The notes beneath the pieces were generated by a model. The model made no database searches. It saw only the letters and a list, made by a program, of their open reading frames with translations, and was not told the origin of the DNA. A program made the translations under genes and the position numbers. DNA of 64,000 bases from an uncultured Methanoregulaceae archaeon. Its GTDB lineage: Archaea; Halobacteriota; Methanomicrobia; Methanomicrobiales; Methanospirillaceae. Shown piece after piece: positions 19,754 to 30,819 of the stretch. Where the stretch lies: positions 1,824,001 through 1,888,000 of the forward strand of contig OY970061.1 in assembly GCA_963705255.1 (NCBI GenBank), in the 5' to 3' direction. Each line of letters opens with the position of its first letter. The first letter of the stretch is position 1.

Positions 19754-20383
19754 TTATGAACTGCTCCTTGCCTTGATCTTCTTCATCCGGAAGAGTTCTT
19801 CCCGCTCCATCTCATCGAGACGCATCTTGATGAAGTCCCGTGCTGCCGTCAGTTCGGGAATGACTTTGAACTCCAGTGCATTGACACGGCGCTTGGTCTT
19901 CTCGATCTCATCGAGCAGGCGTTTCATGGTCGTCTCGATCTCCGCGCTCTCGATGATCGATTCCACGAGTTCTTCGAACGCCGATGCAGTCTCATCGATG
20001 ACAGTGGAAGTTCCGAGCATACCGTAGCCCCTGTCGACGACCGTTTTCCGGACTTTCGAGGACTCGATCTCGGGAACGACAACCCCCATGATGTTCTTGC
20101 TCTTCAGGGTGATCTCCGGCACTTCCTTGACGGAAAATGCGGCAGATTTCACGCCAATGGCACCTTCGACCGTATTTGCCAGCGCCATCATCTCTGCGGC
20201 ATGCCCGTATTTCCTGAGGAGGTCGCCGCGGCTGTCCTTTGCATTTGCCAGGATCTTGAAAAATTCAAGGATCAGTCCATCGCGCTTCATCTTGAGGATC
20301 TTGTAGCCGCGCTCCGAGAGCTGGATCTTCCGTTTCAGGTTGATCAATTCGGAACGGGTTGGCTTGATATCGCGCAGCGCCAT
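19754..20383 (-). CDS. atpD: A/V-type ATP synthase subunit D
   Basis: KPTRSEL, LKMKRDGL and EIEKTKRRVNALE; operon position. Confidence 0.95.
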   Translation of the reverse strand: MALRDIKPTRSELINLKRKIQLSERGYKILKMKRDGLILEFFKILANAKDSRGDLLRKYGHAAEMMALANTVEGAIGVKSAAFSVKEVPEITLKSKNIMGVVVPEIESSKVRKTVVDRGYGMLGTSTVIDETASAFEELVESIIESAEIETTMKRLLDEIEKTKRRVNALEFKVIPELTAARDFIKMRLDEMEREELFRMKKIKARSSS

Positions 20384-20390
20384 GGACTTC

Positions 20391-21779
20391 TTACTCCTTC
20401 TTTGCTCCGGTCTTGAACTTCGGGTGGTACTTGGCGATCAGCTCGCGGTCGATACGGGTCAGCTGCTCTACCGGGAGCGTGGAGAGGAGTTCCCAGCCGA
20501 GGTTCAGGGTGTCCTCGATGGTGCGGTCCTCGTCATAGCCCTGCCGGACAAAGCGGTTCTCGAAGAGGTCCGCGAACTCGAGGAGGAGGCGGTCACGCTC
20601 GGAAAGCGCGTCCTTGCCGACGATGGCCACGAGGCCGCGGAGGTCGTTCCCTTCTGCATAGCCTGCGTACATCTGGTCGGAGACCTTCTTGTGGTCCTCG
20701 CGGGTGTGGCCCTTGCCGATACCGAGGTTCATCAGACGGGAGAGCGAGGGAAGCACGTTGATGGGCGGGTAGATGCCCTTGCGGTGCAGCTCACGGTTGA
20801 CCACGATCTGGCCTTCGGTAATGTACCCGGTCAGGTCGGGGATCGGGTGGGTGATATCGTCACCGGGCATTGTCAGGATCGGGATCTGGGTAACAGAACC
20901 TTTCTGGCCTTTGATCATACCGGCACGTTCGTAGATACAGGCAAGGTCCGTGTACATGTATCCCGGATAGCCACGGCGTCCGGGCACTTCCTCGCGGGCT
21001 GCACCGATCTGCCGGAGCGCCTCGCAGTAGTTCGTCATATCCGTCAGGATAACGAGAACATGCATACCGAGCTCGAAAGCAAGGTACTCGGCGGTGGTCA
21101 GGGCGAGGCGGGGCGTGATGATACGCTCGACGGCCGGGTCGTCCGCAAGGTTGAGGAAGACGACTGCCCGTTCGAGGGCCCCGGTGCGCTCGAAGTCCTG
21201 CATGAAGTAGTTCGCTTCTTCCTTCGTAATACCCATCGCAGCGAAGACCACGGCGAAACTCTCGGTCGAGCCGGGCACCTTTGCCTGCCGTGCGATCTGG
21301 AGCGCAACGTTGTTGTGCGGGAGGCCCGCACCCGAGAAGATCGGGAGCTTCTGGCCGCGGACAAGGGTGTTGGTACCGTCGATGGTGGAGATACCCGTCT
21401 GGATGAAATCTGCCGGCATGCCCCGGGCGTACGGGTTGATCGCGGCACCGGTGATGTCGAGACGCTTCTCCGGGACAATCTCCGGGCCGCCGTCGATGGG
21501 TTTGCCGCCACCGGACAGGATGCGGCCTAACATCTCTTTTCCCACCGGCATCTTAATGGTCTCGCCGGTGAAACGGACGCCGCTGTCCCTGCCGATACCG
21601 GTCGTGGTCTCGAAGATCTGGACAACGACCAGCTCATCGCTCGTGTCGAGCACCTGGCCGCGCTTGGTTGTGCCGTCAAAAAGGACTATGTTCACGAGCT
21701 CCCCGTAGGCAATCGGCTCGGTCTTCTCGACGAAAACGAGGGGACCGGCAATCTTACTTATCGTCCTGTATTCCTTCAT
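20391..21779 (-). CDS. atpB: A/V-type ATP synthase subunit B
   Basis: [23 protein letters not shown] and [14 protein letters not shown]. Confidence 0.97.
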   Translation of the reverse strand: MKEYRTISKIAGPLVFVEKTEPIAYGELVNIVLFDGTTKRGQVLDTSDELVVVQIFETTTGIGRDSGVRFTGETIKMPVGKEMLGRILSGGGKPIDGGPEIVPEKRLDITGAAINPYARGMPADFIQTGISTIDGTNTLVRGQKLPIFSGAGLPHNNVALQIARQAKVPGSTESFAVVFAAMGITKEEANYFMQDFERTGALERAVVFLNLADDPAVERIITPRLALTTAEYLAFELGMHVLVILTDMTNYCEALRQIGAAREEVPGRRGYPGYMYTDLACIYERAGMIKGQKGSVTQIPILTMPGDDITHPIPDLTGYITEGQIVVNRELHRKGIYPPINVLPSLSRLMNLGIGKGHTREDHKKVSDQMYAGYAEGNDLRGLVAIVGKDALSERDRLLLEFADLFENRFVRQGYDEDRTIEDTLNLGWELLSTLPVEQLTRIDRELIAKYHPKFKTGAKKE

Positions 21780-23542
21780 GCTGCCGACCTCAGTGTGTTG
21801 AACTCAGCGTCCATCTCCTTCTCGATCTTCGCCAGTTCGGGCTTGTAGTCCTTGATGAACTTGATCTGGGGCAGCTCGTTCTTGGACTTGACTCCGTTGA
21901 TCTGCGCCGGGCTCACGCCGGCGAGCTGGGCCGCGTAGGCAAGCTCGGCGAAGAGCTTGATCGCCTTCATCATGTCATACTGCTTCGTCATGTCACAGAA
22001 CGTGTCGACCGCGTCGTACGCGTTCTGCTGGAGGAAGATCTCACGGATCATACGGGCGACCTCGATGGTCACCTGCTCCGACTCGGGCAGAGCGTCGGAA
22101 CCGACGAGCTGCACGATCTCCTGAAGTTCTGCCTCTTTCTGAAGGATCTCCATGGCCCACGAGCGGATCCTGTTCCACTCGGGCGAGACTTCCTTGTCGT
22201 AATAGTCGTGGAGGGCTTCGAGATAGAGCGAGTAGGAGTTGAGCCAGTTGATGGCCGGGAAGTGCCGGCGCTGGGATAGCTTTGCATCAAGAGCCCAGAA
22301 GACCTTCACGATACGCAGGGTGTTCTGGGTGACCGGCTCGGAGAAGTCACCGCCGGGCGGTGAGACCGCACCGATGACCGAGACTGAGCCGGATCTCCCG
22401 TTCAGGGTCTCGACAAGGCCGGCACGCTCGTAGAACTCGGAGAGCCGGGCTGCAAGGTACGCGGGGTAGCCTTCTTCGCCCGGCATCTCTTCGAGACGGG
22501 ACGAGATCTCACGCATGGCTTCCGCCCAGCGGGATGTCGAATCCGCCATCAGGGAGACGTCGTACCCCATGTCACGGAAGTACTCCGCGATCGTGATACC
22601 GGTATACACGGATGCCTCACGGGCGGCGACCGGCATGTTCGAGGTGTTGGCAATGAGCACCGTCCGCTCCATGAGCGGTTTGCCCGACTTCGGGTCCTCG
22701 AGGTGCGGAAACTCGGTCAGCACTTCGGTCATCTCGTTCCCGCGTTCACCGCACCCGATGTAGACCACGATCTCGGCATCCGACCACTTGGCCAGCTGCT
22801 GCTGGGTAACGGTCTTGCCGCTCCCGAACGGTCCCGGGATAACTGCCGTGCCGCCCTTCGCGATCGGGAAGAGACCGTCGAGGATCCTCTGACCGGTGAT
22901 CAGGGGAATCGTCGGGTTCTTCTTCTCTCTCACGGGGCGGGGGACACGGACCGGCCAGCGCTGGATCATCGGGTACTCGCGCCCGTCGTCGAGAACACAG
23001 ATCGTCTCGTCAACGGTGAAGTCCCCGCTCCTGATCGTCCTGACGACCCCTGCCTTTGCATTGGGCGGGAGCATGATCCTGTGGACGATATTGGTCTCCT
23101 GCACTTCGCCAAGGATCGTTCCCGGTTCGACCTTGTCGCCGGATTTTACGAGGGCCTTGAAGGTCCACTTCTTCGAGTGGGAGAGCCCGGGGGCCGAGAC
23201 ACCACGCTGGATGAAATTCCCCATCTTTTCCACGAGAACCGTGAGGGGACGCTGGATGCCGTCGTAGATACTGGTCAGGAGGCCCGGCCCCAGTTCGACC
23301 GCGAGCGACAGGCCGGTGTTCTCCACCGGTTCGCCGGGCCGGATACCGGAGGTATCCTCGTACACCTGGATGATGATGTTATCACCCTGGATCTTGATGA
23401 CTTCTCCCATCAGCGCTTCTTTGCCGACCTTCACCACATCGTACATGTGGGCGTCAAGGTTGACTGCCGTAACGACAGGGCCGGCGATTCTTTTGAGAAC
23501 CCCTTGTTTCTGTTCTTTTGCTTGTTTGTCTTTTACTTCCAC
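21776..23542 (-). CDS. atpA: A/V-type ATP synthase subunit A
   Basis: Walker [17 protein letters not shown] and [12 protein letters not shown]; 588 aa, no intein. Confidence 0.97.
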   Translation of the reverse strand: MEVKDKQAKEQKQGVLKRIAGPVVTAVNLDAHMYDVVKVGKEALMGEVIKIQGDNIIIQVYEDTSGIRPGEPVENTGLSLAVELGPGLLTSIYDGIQRPLTVLVEKMGNFIQRGVSAPGLSHSKKWTFKALVKSGDKVEPGTILGEVQETNIVHRIMLPPNAKAGVVRTIRSGDFTVDETICVLDDGREYPMIQRWPVRVPRPVREKKNPTIPLITGQRILDGLFPIAKGGTAVIPGPFGSGKTVTQQQLAKWSDAEIVVYIGCGERGNEMTEVLTEFPHLEDPKSGKPLMERTVLIANTSNMPVAAREASVYTGITIAEYFRDMGYDVSLMADSTSRWAEAMREISSRLEEMPGEEGYPAYLAARLSEFYERAGLVETLNGRSGSVSVIGAVSPPGGDFSEPVTQNTLRIVKVFWALDAKLSQRRHFPAINWLNSYSLYLEALHDYYDKEVSPEWNRIRSWAMEILQKEAELQEIVQLVGSDALPESEQVTIEVARMIREIFLQQNAYDAVDTFCDMTKQYDMMKAIKLFAELAYAAQLAGVSPAQINGVKSKNELPQIKFIKDYKPELAKIEKEMDAEFNTLRSAA

Positions 23543-23835
23543 AGATCAACACCCACCGATCTCTTGATTCTGTCTCTCATTGAAAGGCCCCCTTCCTCGC
23601 CGCCGATCGCAATCACGGTCGGCTTCACGGAGTTTTCCAGCGTGGTGCGGAGCCTGCGGGGAATCTTCTCCATATCGCTGCTGTTGAGGACGAGGATCCC
23701 GACTTCCCCATCCTGCAGGACGCTGGTGATTTGCCCACTGAGTTTCTCGTCATCGTCCGTCGCGTAGGTCTTGCGGATGCCTGCGAGGCGGAACCCGAGA
23801 ATGAACTCACTGTTGCCGATTACTGCAATCTCCAT
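23533..23835 (-). CDS. atpF: A/V-type ATP synthase subunit F
   Basis: [15 protein letters not shown] and [11 protein letters not shown]. Confidence 0.95.
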   Translation of the reverse strand: MEIAVIGNSEFILGFRLAGIRKTYATDDDEKLSGQITSVLQDGEVGILVLNSSDMEKIPRRLRTTLENSVKPTVIAIGGEEGGLSMRDRIKRSVGVDLWK

Positions 23836-23836
23836 T

Positions 23837-24892
23837 TTACATCACCAGGTATTCCGCTATCTTATCCGAAAGGAGTTTTGACTCCTTTCCTCTGGCAAGC
23901 GCCCGAAGGTTGAAGACCTCGTATTTCTTCTTTTCCAGGTAGACAAGAATCGGGTAGATGGAGACAGGATTGCGTTTGGATATCTGCTCCATCTGTTCAA
24001 GCTGAACACGCGTAAGCCTTACCTCGAAGTCCCGTACCGTTTTTTCGCTTCTCATCTCGTCGAGCAGCGAGATCAGCAACTTCTGGCGGAACCTTGGCTT
24101 GAGCGCATCGATGAATTCGCCCTGGTCCCGGATTGCATTCAGGTTTGCGAAATCCGATGCCTGAAATGTCCCGCCCTGGATGTGCATTTCCCGGACATCT
24201 TCTTCCAACCTGTCGGCACGCAATCGGAACAGGGTCTTGACATTCTTGATGTCGATATCAAACCTGATGAAATCAAGGAACAGTCTGCCTCCCTTGATGC
24301 CGCTCTCGGCTTCCGTGATGATCTCAACATAGAACTGCTTATAGAGCTCATTTTCCATATGGGAGAACGATCCGCTCTCCCTGGCAAAGGGGTATTCACG
24401 TGCCAGCACGGAATACATACGGTGACCTCTCAACGCATCGATAATTCTCTCGGGGTTGTCTTCGGCAAGAAAACGATCGAGTACTGAACTGTCGAGACTG
24501 CCGGCAGGGATCAGGATCTCCTTGATCTTCCCTGCCTTGACACCCTGCATCTTGCCCCGGAGGATCGTGAGAATATTCTGGATATCCCAGCGACGAAGAT
24601 ACGCCCGGGTGAACTGTTTTAAGTTGCCCGGTGTGATCTCCTGGATCTTCTGGTATTCCTTGGCAAGGTTCCAGCTCAGGGCAACCTCAATCAGGTCGAT
24701 ACCTTTGAAGATCGTCCCAAGCTCATCTATCTCCTGTTTGTATTCAGTTTCTCCGATGAACCGGGTGATCTCGGGGAGGCTCATATTGAGCATCCGCATA
24801 TATTCCTCGCGTGGGAGGAGTTTTGCCTTTCTCACCCGCATCCTGGTACACACGTAAATGTACGGTGCTGAGATATACCTCACGCCTGCCAT
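23837..24892 (-). CDS. atpC: A/V-type ATP synthase subunit C
   Basis: [30 protein letters not shown] and [15 protein letters not shown]. Confidence 0.93.
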   Translation of the reverse strand: MAGVRYISAPYIYVCTRMRVRKAKLLPREEYMRMLNMSLPEITRFIGETEYKQEIDELGTIFKGIDLIEVALSWNLAKEYQKIQEITPGNLKQFTRAYLRRWDIQNILTILRGKMQGVKAGKIKEILIPAGSLDSSVLDRFLAEDNPERIIDALRGHRMYSVLAREYPFARESGSFSHMENELYKQFYVEIITEAESGIKGGRLFLDFIRFDIDIKNVKTLFRLRADRLEEDVREMHIQGGTFQASDFANLNAIRDQGEFIDALKPRFRQKLLISLLDEMRSEKTVRDFEVRLTRVQLEQMEQISKRNPVSIYPILVYLEKKKYEVFNLRALARGKESKLLSDKIAEYLVM

Positions 24893-24904
24893 ACGTGTAC
24901 CTCC

Positions 24905-25483
24905 TTACCCGAACAGGATATCGGATGCATCCTTCAACCCGGATTCCCACACCTTCGCAAGGAATGTCCGGTCACTGTAATCAATCTGCAACGCGCCCCC
25001 TTCACCTTCGATGAGGAGCCCCCCGTCGATATCCACGGGAGTACCAACCCTGAACCCGGCAAATTCCGCACTCTCTGCGATGACGACCTTCGCGGCCCCG
25101 ACATCGCGTGCATTACAGGAGATTGTACCTGAGGGGATCTCCTTTTTTGCCTCGGTGAGGAGTTTCTTAATGGCTTCACGATGGAAGCTTTCAGGGAGAC
25201 GGGCAATCTCTGCGCGAGTGGATTCATACACGGTATCCAGCAAAGATTTCTGTGTGTTCAGGAGCTCGCGTTTGACCAGCAGGTTTGCTGCAGAAGCTTC
25301 CTGGCCGATAATATGGGCAGTCTGCTTTTCAGACTCTGTTTCTGCGGCAAGTTTGATCTCCTTGACCCGCTTGTCTACTGCCGAGATTATCTGGCCGGTC
25401 TCCTGCTTGGACTCCGCACGTATCAATTCTGCTTCTTTTTTGCCCTTTTCCCTGATATCTTCAACTACGGCTTCCAGTCCCAT
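24905..25483 (-). CDS. atpE: A/V-type ATP synthase subunit E
   Basis: Starts MGLEAVVEDIREKG with a coiled-coil N-terminus; GGLLIE...IDYS; operon position. Confidence 0.92.
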   Translation of the reverse strand: MGLEAVVEDIREKGKKEAELIRAESKQETGQIISAVDKRVKEIKLAAETESEKQTAHIIGQEASAANLLVKRELLNTQKSLLDTVYESTRAEIARLPESFHREAIKKLLTEAKKEIPSGTISCNARDVGAAKVVIAESAEFAGFRVGTPVDIDGGLLIEGEGGALQIDYSDRTFLAKVWESGLKDASDILFG

Positions 25484-25496
25484 TGTCCGCCCCGTT

Positions 25497-25763
25497 TTAT
25501 ACGAACAACAGCAGGAGCGCAACGACCAGACCGAAGATGACGATTGTTTCAGGAATAACCGTGAAGAGCAGCGCAAGTCCGAACATGTCCTTGTCCTCTG
25601 CAACCGCACCAACTGCTGCTGAACCGATCCCCATTTCGGCAACACCGGTACCGATACCGGTCAGACCAACTGCGATACCTGCGCCGAGTGCCTTCATTCC
25701 CAACTGCGATGCCTGAACTGATGCAAGATCTGTTGCTGCTACTGCTACTGCTTCTGCTGCCAT
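25497..25763 (-). CDS. atpK: A/V-type ATP synthase proteolipid subunit K (c), single hairpin
   Basis: GAGIAVGLTGIGTGVAEMGIG and TVIPETIVIFGL carrying the ion-binding Glu (E..ET pattern). Confidence 0.95.
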   Translation of the reverse strand: MAAEAVAVAATDLASVQASQLGMKALGAGIAVGLTGIGTGVAEMGIGSAAVGAVAEDKDMFGLALLFTVIPETIVIFGLVVALLLLFV

Positions 25764-25766
25764 AAT

Positions 25767-27737
25767 TTAATCCTCCGTAAATCTTCGATTCATTCCGAAT
25801 GGAACGTACTTTTTGCCTCCACCCTTGTAGAACTTGGTGAAGAATTCAACATAGTGCAACCTGATTGAGTGGAGCCCTCCACCCAGAATGCCCAGTGCCG
25901 TGTTGAGCGCGTGCCCGATGATAAACACCCCAATACCGGCAATGATAATGAAAATTCCAACAATTGTGAGATTTTTGAGCTGTGGCGTAATAAACATCGT
26001 AATGGACATAAAATTAACGACCATCGCGATAGCGACCGACGAGAGCCCGACTGCGACAAGACGGGCATAGGACAGCACGTGGGACACAATCGTCGGGATT
26101 TCAACAACCTCGAGGAATGAGTCCCGTGCAATGAACACTACACCGGCAACGATGAGTACTGCCCCTGTGAAAATGCCCAGATTCAACCCGGCCACGATCA
26201 CGGGCAGGCCGGTCAGATTGGGCATCAGCGGTACTGAAGCTACCGACCAGATGGCGATGATAAGCCCCCACATTACCGTAAGCCAACCGAAATTTGCAAG
26301 CACGGCTTTTATCCGGTGCCCCCCATGGTCCTGGCGTGCATGGTTCACCATGCCGAGAACTCTCCCGAGGGTGATATGCAGGATGCCGATCCAGATCGAC
26401 AGGACCATCAGTTCCGGGATATTGGGACCATGTCCTCCATTCTCCGCAGCCATCAGGTGCCGTGAGTAAAACACGGGGCTCCATCCCGGGATCGGAAATC
26501 CGAGGAACTCTGAAAAAAGGATACCAAAGAAGATGCTTGAGATACTCGCGTTCCGCAGCACTGCAAGCATCTGCCGTCCTTCCTCACCTTTCAGGAATTT
26601 CCGGAGCCCGAACGCCATCGCAAGCAATATCAGACCATATCCCACATCACCGAGAATCAACCCAAAAAAGAGGGGAAAGACGATGGATACCATCAGGGTC
26701 GGATCAATTTCAGTATACCTGGGCCGGCTGTAGACATCCATGAGCACCTGAGTTGGTGTTGCAAACGATGGATTGTTATACTCTACAGGCACGTTCTCAT
26801 GTTCATAGTCTACAGATAATTCGGTAACAAAAATTTTGCCGCCTGCAGCCTTTTCCAAAGCCTGAGTTACTGCGGCAACATTTTCGGAAGGGACCCACCC
26901 CTCTGCCACGAAGGTCTGTTTTGTAGTCGCAAACCGGAGCGGAGCTTCGGTCTGCTCAACTTCAGCTTTTAAGAATTCCTCGCAGGCAACAAGGAAGTCC
27001 GCATGGCTCTTTCTGACTTCCCCGAGCTTCTGGTTAATCTCCGCAATTTCCTGATTGAGTGCGGAGATCTGCCCGGCATAATAATCGATACGTCCCTGTG
27101 GGGCGCCGGATTCGTCCGGGAGCGGTACCGACTGGAACGCTGCTTCCTGGAGCGCCTTTTCGACCTCTGTCCGCTGTTCAGCGGGAACAATGGCAACGAG
27201 GAAATTCTTCTCCTTCCCCCTTGAAAAATACATCTCGCTCGGAACGGTCAGGGTAACTTCGCGGGACACAAAACCGGCAAAAACTATGAATCTTTTATAA
27301 CCGTGGTAGAGATCCAGGTCAGCCGGAACGTTTACGAACGGGGTGATCTCGGCGATCTTCTGCTCGTACTCTTTCACCTGGGTATCAAGTTTTGAGCGCC
27401 TGGCCGTCAGGTTTTCGACTTCCTGTTCGAGAACCGGAAGTTCCTGCTCAATCCTTTTTCTGCTCTCTGCCCGCGAACAGTGCTTTGCCGTCTCGATGTC
27501 ATCCCCGCGGACCGAGATGGCATTGGCGATCGCCCGTATCTTGATGAGATCCGCGGACTTTTCGCTTGCTCCCGGAAGAGGCGTCCCGATCTTAAAACCT
27601 TCGTAGCCTTCTGCCCCGGCATCGACAAATTCTTCGATATGGAACAGGTTACGACGGTATAATTCCGCAATAACCGGGACCATCTGGTCCCGTGAGGCGG
27701 CGATGAGGAGCCGGCTCATCTGCTTAGGCTTTAACAT
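25767..27737 (-). CDS. atpI: A/V-type ATP synthase subunit I (a)
   Basis: FFGLILGDVGYG, SHVLSYARL and HSIRLHYVEFFTKFY. Confidence 0.96.
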   Translation of the reverse strand: MLKPKQMSRLLIAASRDQMVPVIAELYRRNLFHIEEFVDAGAEGYEGFKIGTPLPGASEKSADLIKIRAIANAISVRGDDIETAKHCSRAESRKRIEQELPVLEQEVENLTARRSKLDTQVKEYEQKIAEITPFVNVPADLDLYHGYKRFIVFAGFVSREVTLTVPSEMYFSRGKEKNFLVAIVPAEQRTEVEKALQEAAFQSVPLPDESGAPQGRIDYYAGQISALNQEIAEINQKLGEVRKSHADFLVACEEFLKAEVEQTEAPLRFATTKQTFVAEGWVPSENVAAVTQALEKAAGGKIFVTELSVDYEHENVPVEYNNPSFATPTQVLMDVYSRPRYTEIDPTLMVSIVFPLFFGLILGDVGYGLILLAMAFGLRKFLKGEEGRQMLAVLRNASISSIFFGILFSEFLGFPIPGWSPVFYSRHLMAAENGGHGPNIPELMVLSIWIGILHITLGRVLGMVNHARQDHGGHRIKAVLANFGWLTVMWGLIIAIWSVASVPLMPNLTGLPVIVAGLNLGIFTGAVLIVAGVVFIARDSFLEVVEIPTIVSHVLSYARLVAVGLSSVAIAMVVNFMSITMFITPQLKNLTIVGIFIIIAGIGVFIIGHALNTALGILGGGLHSIRLHYVEFFTKFYKGGGKKYVPFGMNRRFTED

Positions 27738-28053
27738 GCAGCTGCTCCTTAAACCGCAAAACCAGCAGCTGCACCGCTTTTGAAAGGTTCTTTTCTCCTT
27801 TCTCTTTCAGTGCCGCTGCGCGCTGATTGCCACTTTTTATGATTTCAGCGTGCTTAAGTGCCGCCTGGTGCCGTGCTTCTTCCAGTTTCAGCTTTTTGTA
27901 TTGTTCTGCATTGCTCTGCGCTTTTGTTACCAGGTTATCAGCTTCAAGCTCAGCCTGAGAATGCCTGAATTTCTTCTCATCCTGGGTCTTGCTGATTACC
28001 GACTGGTACTCTTCTTCAGCCTTTTTGATGTCTTTTAGGACCTCAGTCTTCAT
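27724..28053 (-). CDS. atpH: A/V-type ATP synthase subunit H (G)
   Basis: EVLKDIKKAEEE coiled coil; first gene of the operon and overlaps atpI. Confidence 0.88.
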   Translation of the reverse strand: MKTEVLKDIKKAEEEYQSVISKTQDEKKFRHSQAELEADNLVTKAQSNAEQYKKLKLEEARHQAALKHAEIIKSGNQRAAALKEKGEKNLSKAVQLLVLRFKEQLHVKA

Positions 28054-28166
28054 CCAACCCTCCTCTCACGGCAGTACAATAATTGGTGAAAAAAACCATA
28101 TATGTATTGTTATTTATGACCGGCCTATCACTGCAGGGAGTGAAAAAACGAAAATTTGCACGAGGA

Positions 28167-28640
28167 TCAGGAAAACTCGGTTGAAATATGGTAATTCACG
28201 TACCGTCTGGTAATGCCCGGGGGCAGGCCGGAAATGTCTACGCCCCCGGAAATCCCCTTCAGGGTCAGGCCGGCCAGCTCATCACTTGAACAGACGAGGT
28301 GCTGTTCCGGATGCGTCCCTCTCCTTATACTGCAGCTGGTGGTGATCGCCGGGCCGACCGAGACGAGGTACGAGAACCGCTTCGAACCGGGATGATCCTT
28401 CGCAAGGACGATCAGGGGCATATGGTAGGTCCTGACGAACTCGGCCAGCATGATCGCCGGCTCCAGGGCACCACCTTCCGGCGCTGAAACTACCACAAGG
28501 TCGTCGGGCTCGATGGTCTGGTTGTACTCTTTCTCCGGGGTCTCGATGCGGAGACCAAACAGGGAACCTGCCTTCGCAGCCAGTAAAAAAGAGTGCTTGC
28601 CGTACAGCTGCAGCAACTCGTCCTGCAGGGGCACTAGCAT
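28167..28640 (-). CDS. Hypothetical protein (157 aa)
   Basis: Host-like codon usage; C-terminal SCSIRRGTHPEQHLVC Cys/His cluster; start overlaps the stop of the upstream zinc-ribbon ORF. Confidence 0.75.
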   Translation of the reverse strand: MLVPLQDELLQLYGKHSFLLAAKAGSLFGLRIETPEKEYNQTIEPDDLVVVSAPEGGALEPAIMLAEFVRTYHMPLIVLAKDHPGSKRFSYLVSVGPAITTSCSIRRGTHPEQHLVCSSDELAGLTLKGISGGVDISGLPPGITRRYVNYHISTEFS

Positions 28641-28795
28641 ATTTCAGTCACGTTATCGGACTGACAACTGGAGCAGATGGGTTTCCTGCTGACGCTTTCG
28701 AACTTTTCGCCACAGTCTTTGCAGCGGTAGTTTTTTCCTTTTACCCGCTCGTCGAAGTTGAGATCTCCTGTGGGCCCACCACCAACAGTGCACAT
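28634..28795 (-). CDS. 53-aa zinc-ribbon protein (CxxC...CxxC)
   Basis: Manual translation MCTVGGGPTGDLNFDERVKGKNYRCKDCGEKFESVSRKPICSSCQSDNVTEIC*. SD-like GAGGTGAT just upstream. Below the ORF-track length cutoff. Confidence 0.8.
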   Translation of the reverse strand: MCTVGGGPTGDLNFDERVKGKNYRCKDCGEKFESVSRKPICSSCQSDNVTEIC

Positions 28796-28885
28796 CTTTT
28801 ATCACCTCACTACGACATCTTCATGCGAAGATTTAATGGTATCTGCCTGTAATGCAGCGGTCCTGGGAGTATTTTCCCCGGAGAC

Positions 28886-30819
28886 CTATATGATGATGTA
28901 ATTGAACACCACGAGGGAGATGATGAGGAGGATACAGGAGTGCTTTACTCCTGCTGCTATCGATGACTCCCCCATCTGTCCTGCGATCAACCCCGAGAAG
29001 AGTGCCTGGACGAGGCAGGCATGGTACAGGAGCCTCCCGAATGTCACGATGGGTATGGTACCAATACCGGAAAGTGCGCCGGTAGTAGGGGCACCGTTGA
29101 GATTGATGTGGGCAAGGACCGGCAGGAACTGCGTAGTCAGGACCCCCACGACAAAGAGGAAGACAAAAAATGACAGGTACACAATTGCCGTGTAGATGAA
29201 CATCTCGGCAGTTCTCTCTTTTTTCAGCACTTCGCTCATCTTGGCATCACTGGATGCGATAGACAGGACTTCGCCGATCTGCCCGCTCATCTCGCTGGCC
29301 TTGGTGATGAGCGTAACGGTACGTGCGATAGAGGGGGTGCTTACGCGTTGCTCGAACCGCATCAGCGCCTCCGTGAAGTTCGCTCCCCAGTCCATGTCCC
29401 GCTTGATCCTCCGGATCTCGTAACTGAGCAGCCCGAGGTTGGTATTCACCATGATGGCAATGGCCTGTACAATTGTCAGCCCGACCTGGTTGATGCCCGA
29501 CATCCGCTCAAGAAAATCCGGGATCAGCGCCTGGATACCGAGGACTTTTCTGGACCAGAGCTCATAAAAGATGGCATACGGGATGAGCACGATGAGGAGC
29601 GCTATCACGAAGTGGCTGTCAACGATCCTGATAAGTATCTCGAAGTTCTGGTAGTGTGACACCCGCGTCCAGACGAGTACCATGTAGAGGACTGCAATGG
29701 GTATTGTGACATAGAGCGTGAGGTTGACATTATGGACAAAACTTTCCAGGGGGTGGCGGAGATGATGGAAGAACGTCCTGACCCGGTCATATTTTTTCAG
29801 CTGCTCAAAAAGCGGTTCTTCATCGGTTTTTTTGATGATGGTAACATCGGAATAGGTATGGAGCCATTTTGCCCTGACATACCGTTCAGTCTTTTCCGCT
29901 TTTATTGAGATCAGATCGATCAGCAGGATGAATATCATCGAACCGACGGGCATAACTGCATACACGACCAGTGACAGCTGCAGTACCCGCAGATCCCCCC
30001 ATCATTCCCATGACTACCATGATGATGATGAGGAAGAGGGGGCCGGCCACGAACAGGGTGACGTACGATTCGGCTACGATGGAGAGGAGATTGAGGAACT
30101 GCCGCTGCTCAAACTTCGCTTCTTCCTGGTACAGCCGGACTCTCATCGAGAGGAAATCTGCCATATCCCCGCCACTTTCTATGACGGAGAGGAGGTCTTC
30201 AAGGAAATTTTTCAGTTTTTCTGAGGGGGTGGTTTCCGAGAGATGGTGGATTGCCGAGACGACATCATAGCCGAAAAAATCTGCATCCCGGACAATCTGG
30301 CGGAATTCAAGGGCAACTTCGCCATAAATATTTGCCCGGTCCGAAAGGGAGCGGAAGATAGTCATCAGCTCGGTCTCCGCCACGTCTCATTGCATACATA
30401 TAGGCAACGGCGTTATGCAGGGTCAGGTTGATCTTGATCGCCCGGGTCTTCTTTTCAATACCGGGGATTTTCAGCATGAGAACATAGCCGGCATACAGTC
30501 CTATGAAAAATGAGATTACCATCACGAATGCATGAACATAGATTACAGGAAGGACCGTGTTGAACAATACCGGTATCTGTACATTAAATACATTGGTGAT
30601 ACCGGCGTTCCCCGGGAGTAATGGCAGGAATACGAACGTGGAAACGAAATACCCGACTACTGAAAAAAGGATTGCCGTAAGACCTGCAATGCACACGGAT
30701 CTCCAGAGGTACTGGTCTAAGGTCATGCCGACCCGTGCTGATATCATATCCGAGTGCAGGCTGTGGTACCGCAGGGGGTCGCGTTTGATCCACCGGTAGA
30801 CATACTGCCTGAAGATCAT
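28886..30819 (-). CDS. Type IV pilus / T2SS-F (TadC/FlaJ-like) membrane platform protein; frameshifts near 30375 and 29986
   Basis: Three consecutive fragments (30307..30819, 29886..30383, 28886..29965) join into a two-T2SSF-domain protein with TPSEKLKNFL..ESGG, AESYVTLFVAGPLF and FSGLIAGQM..GVKH. Confidence 0.85.

Noticed and set aside
21776-23542. Intein in AtpA (also checked LonB)
   Set aside because: Both proteins are of ordinary length with contiguous motifs and no intein termini.
18978-23767. Long plus-strand ORFs (349, 396, 354 aa) opposite pgk and the atp genes
   Set aside because: Antisense shadows caused by the GC-biased codon usage of real genes.
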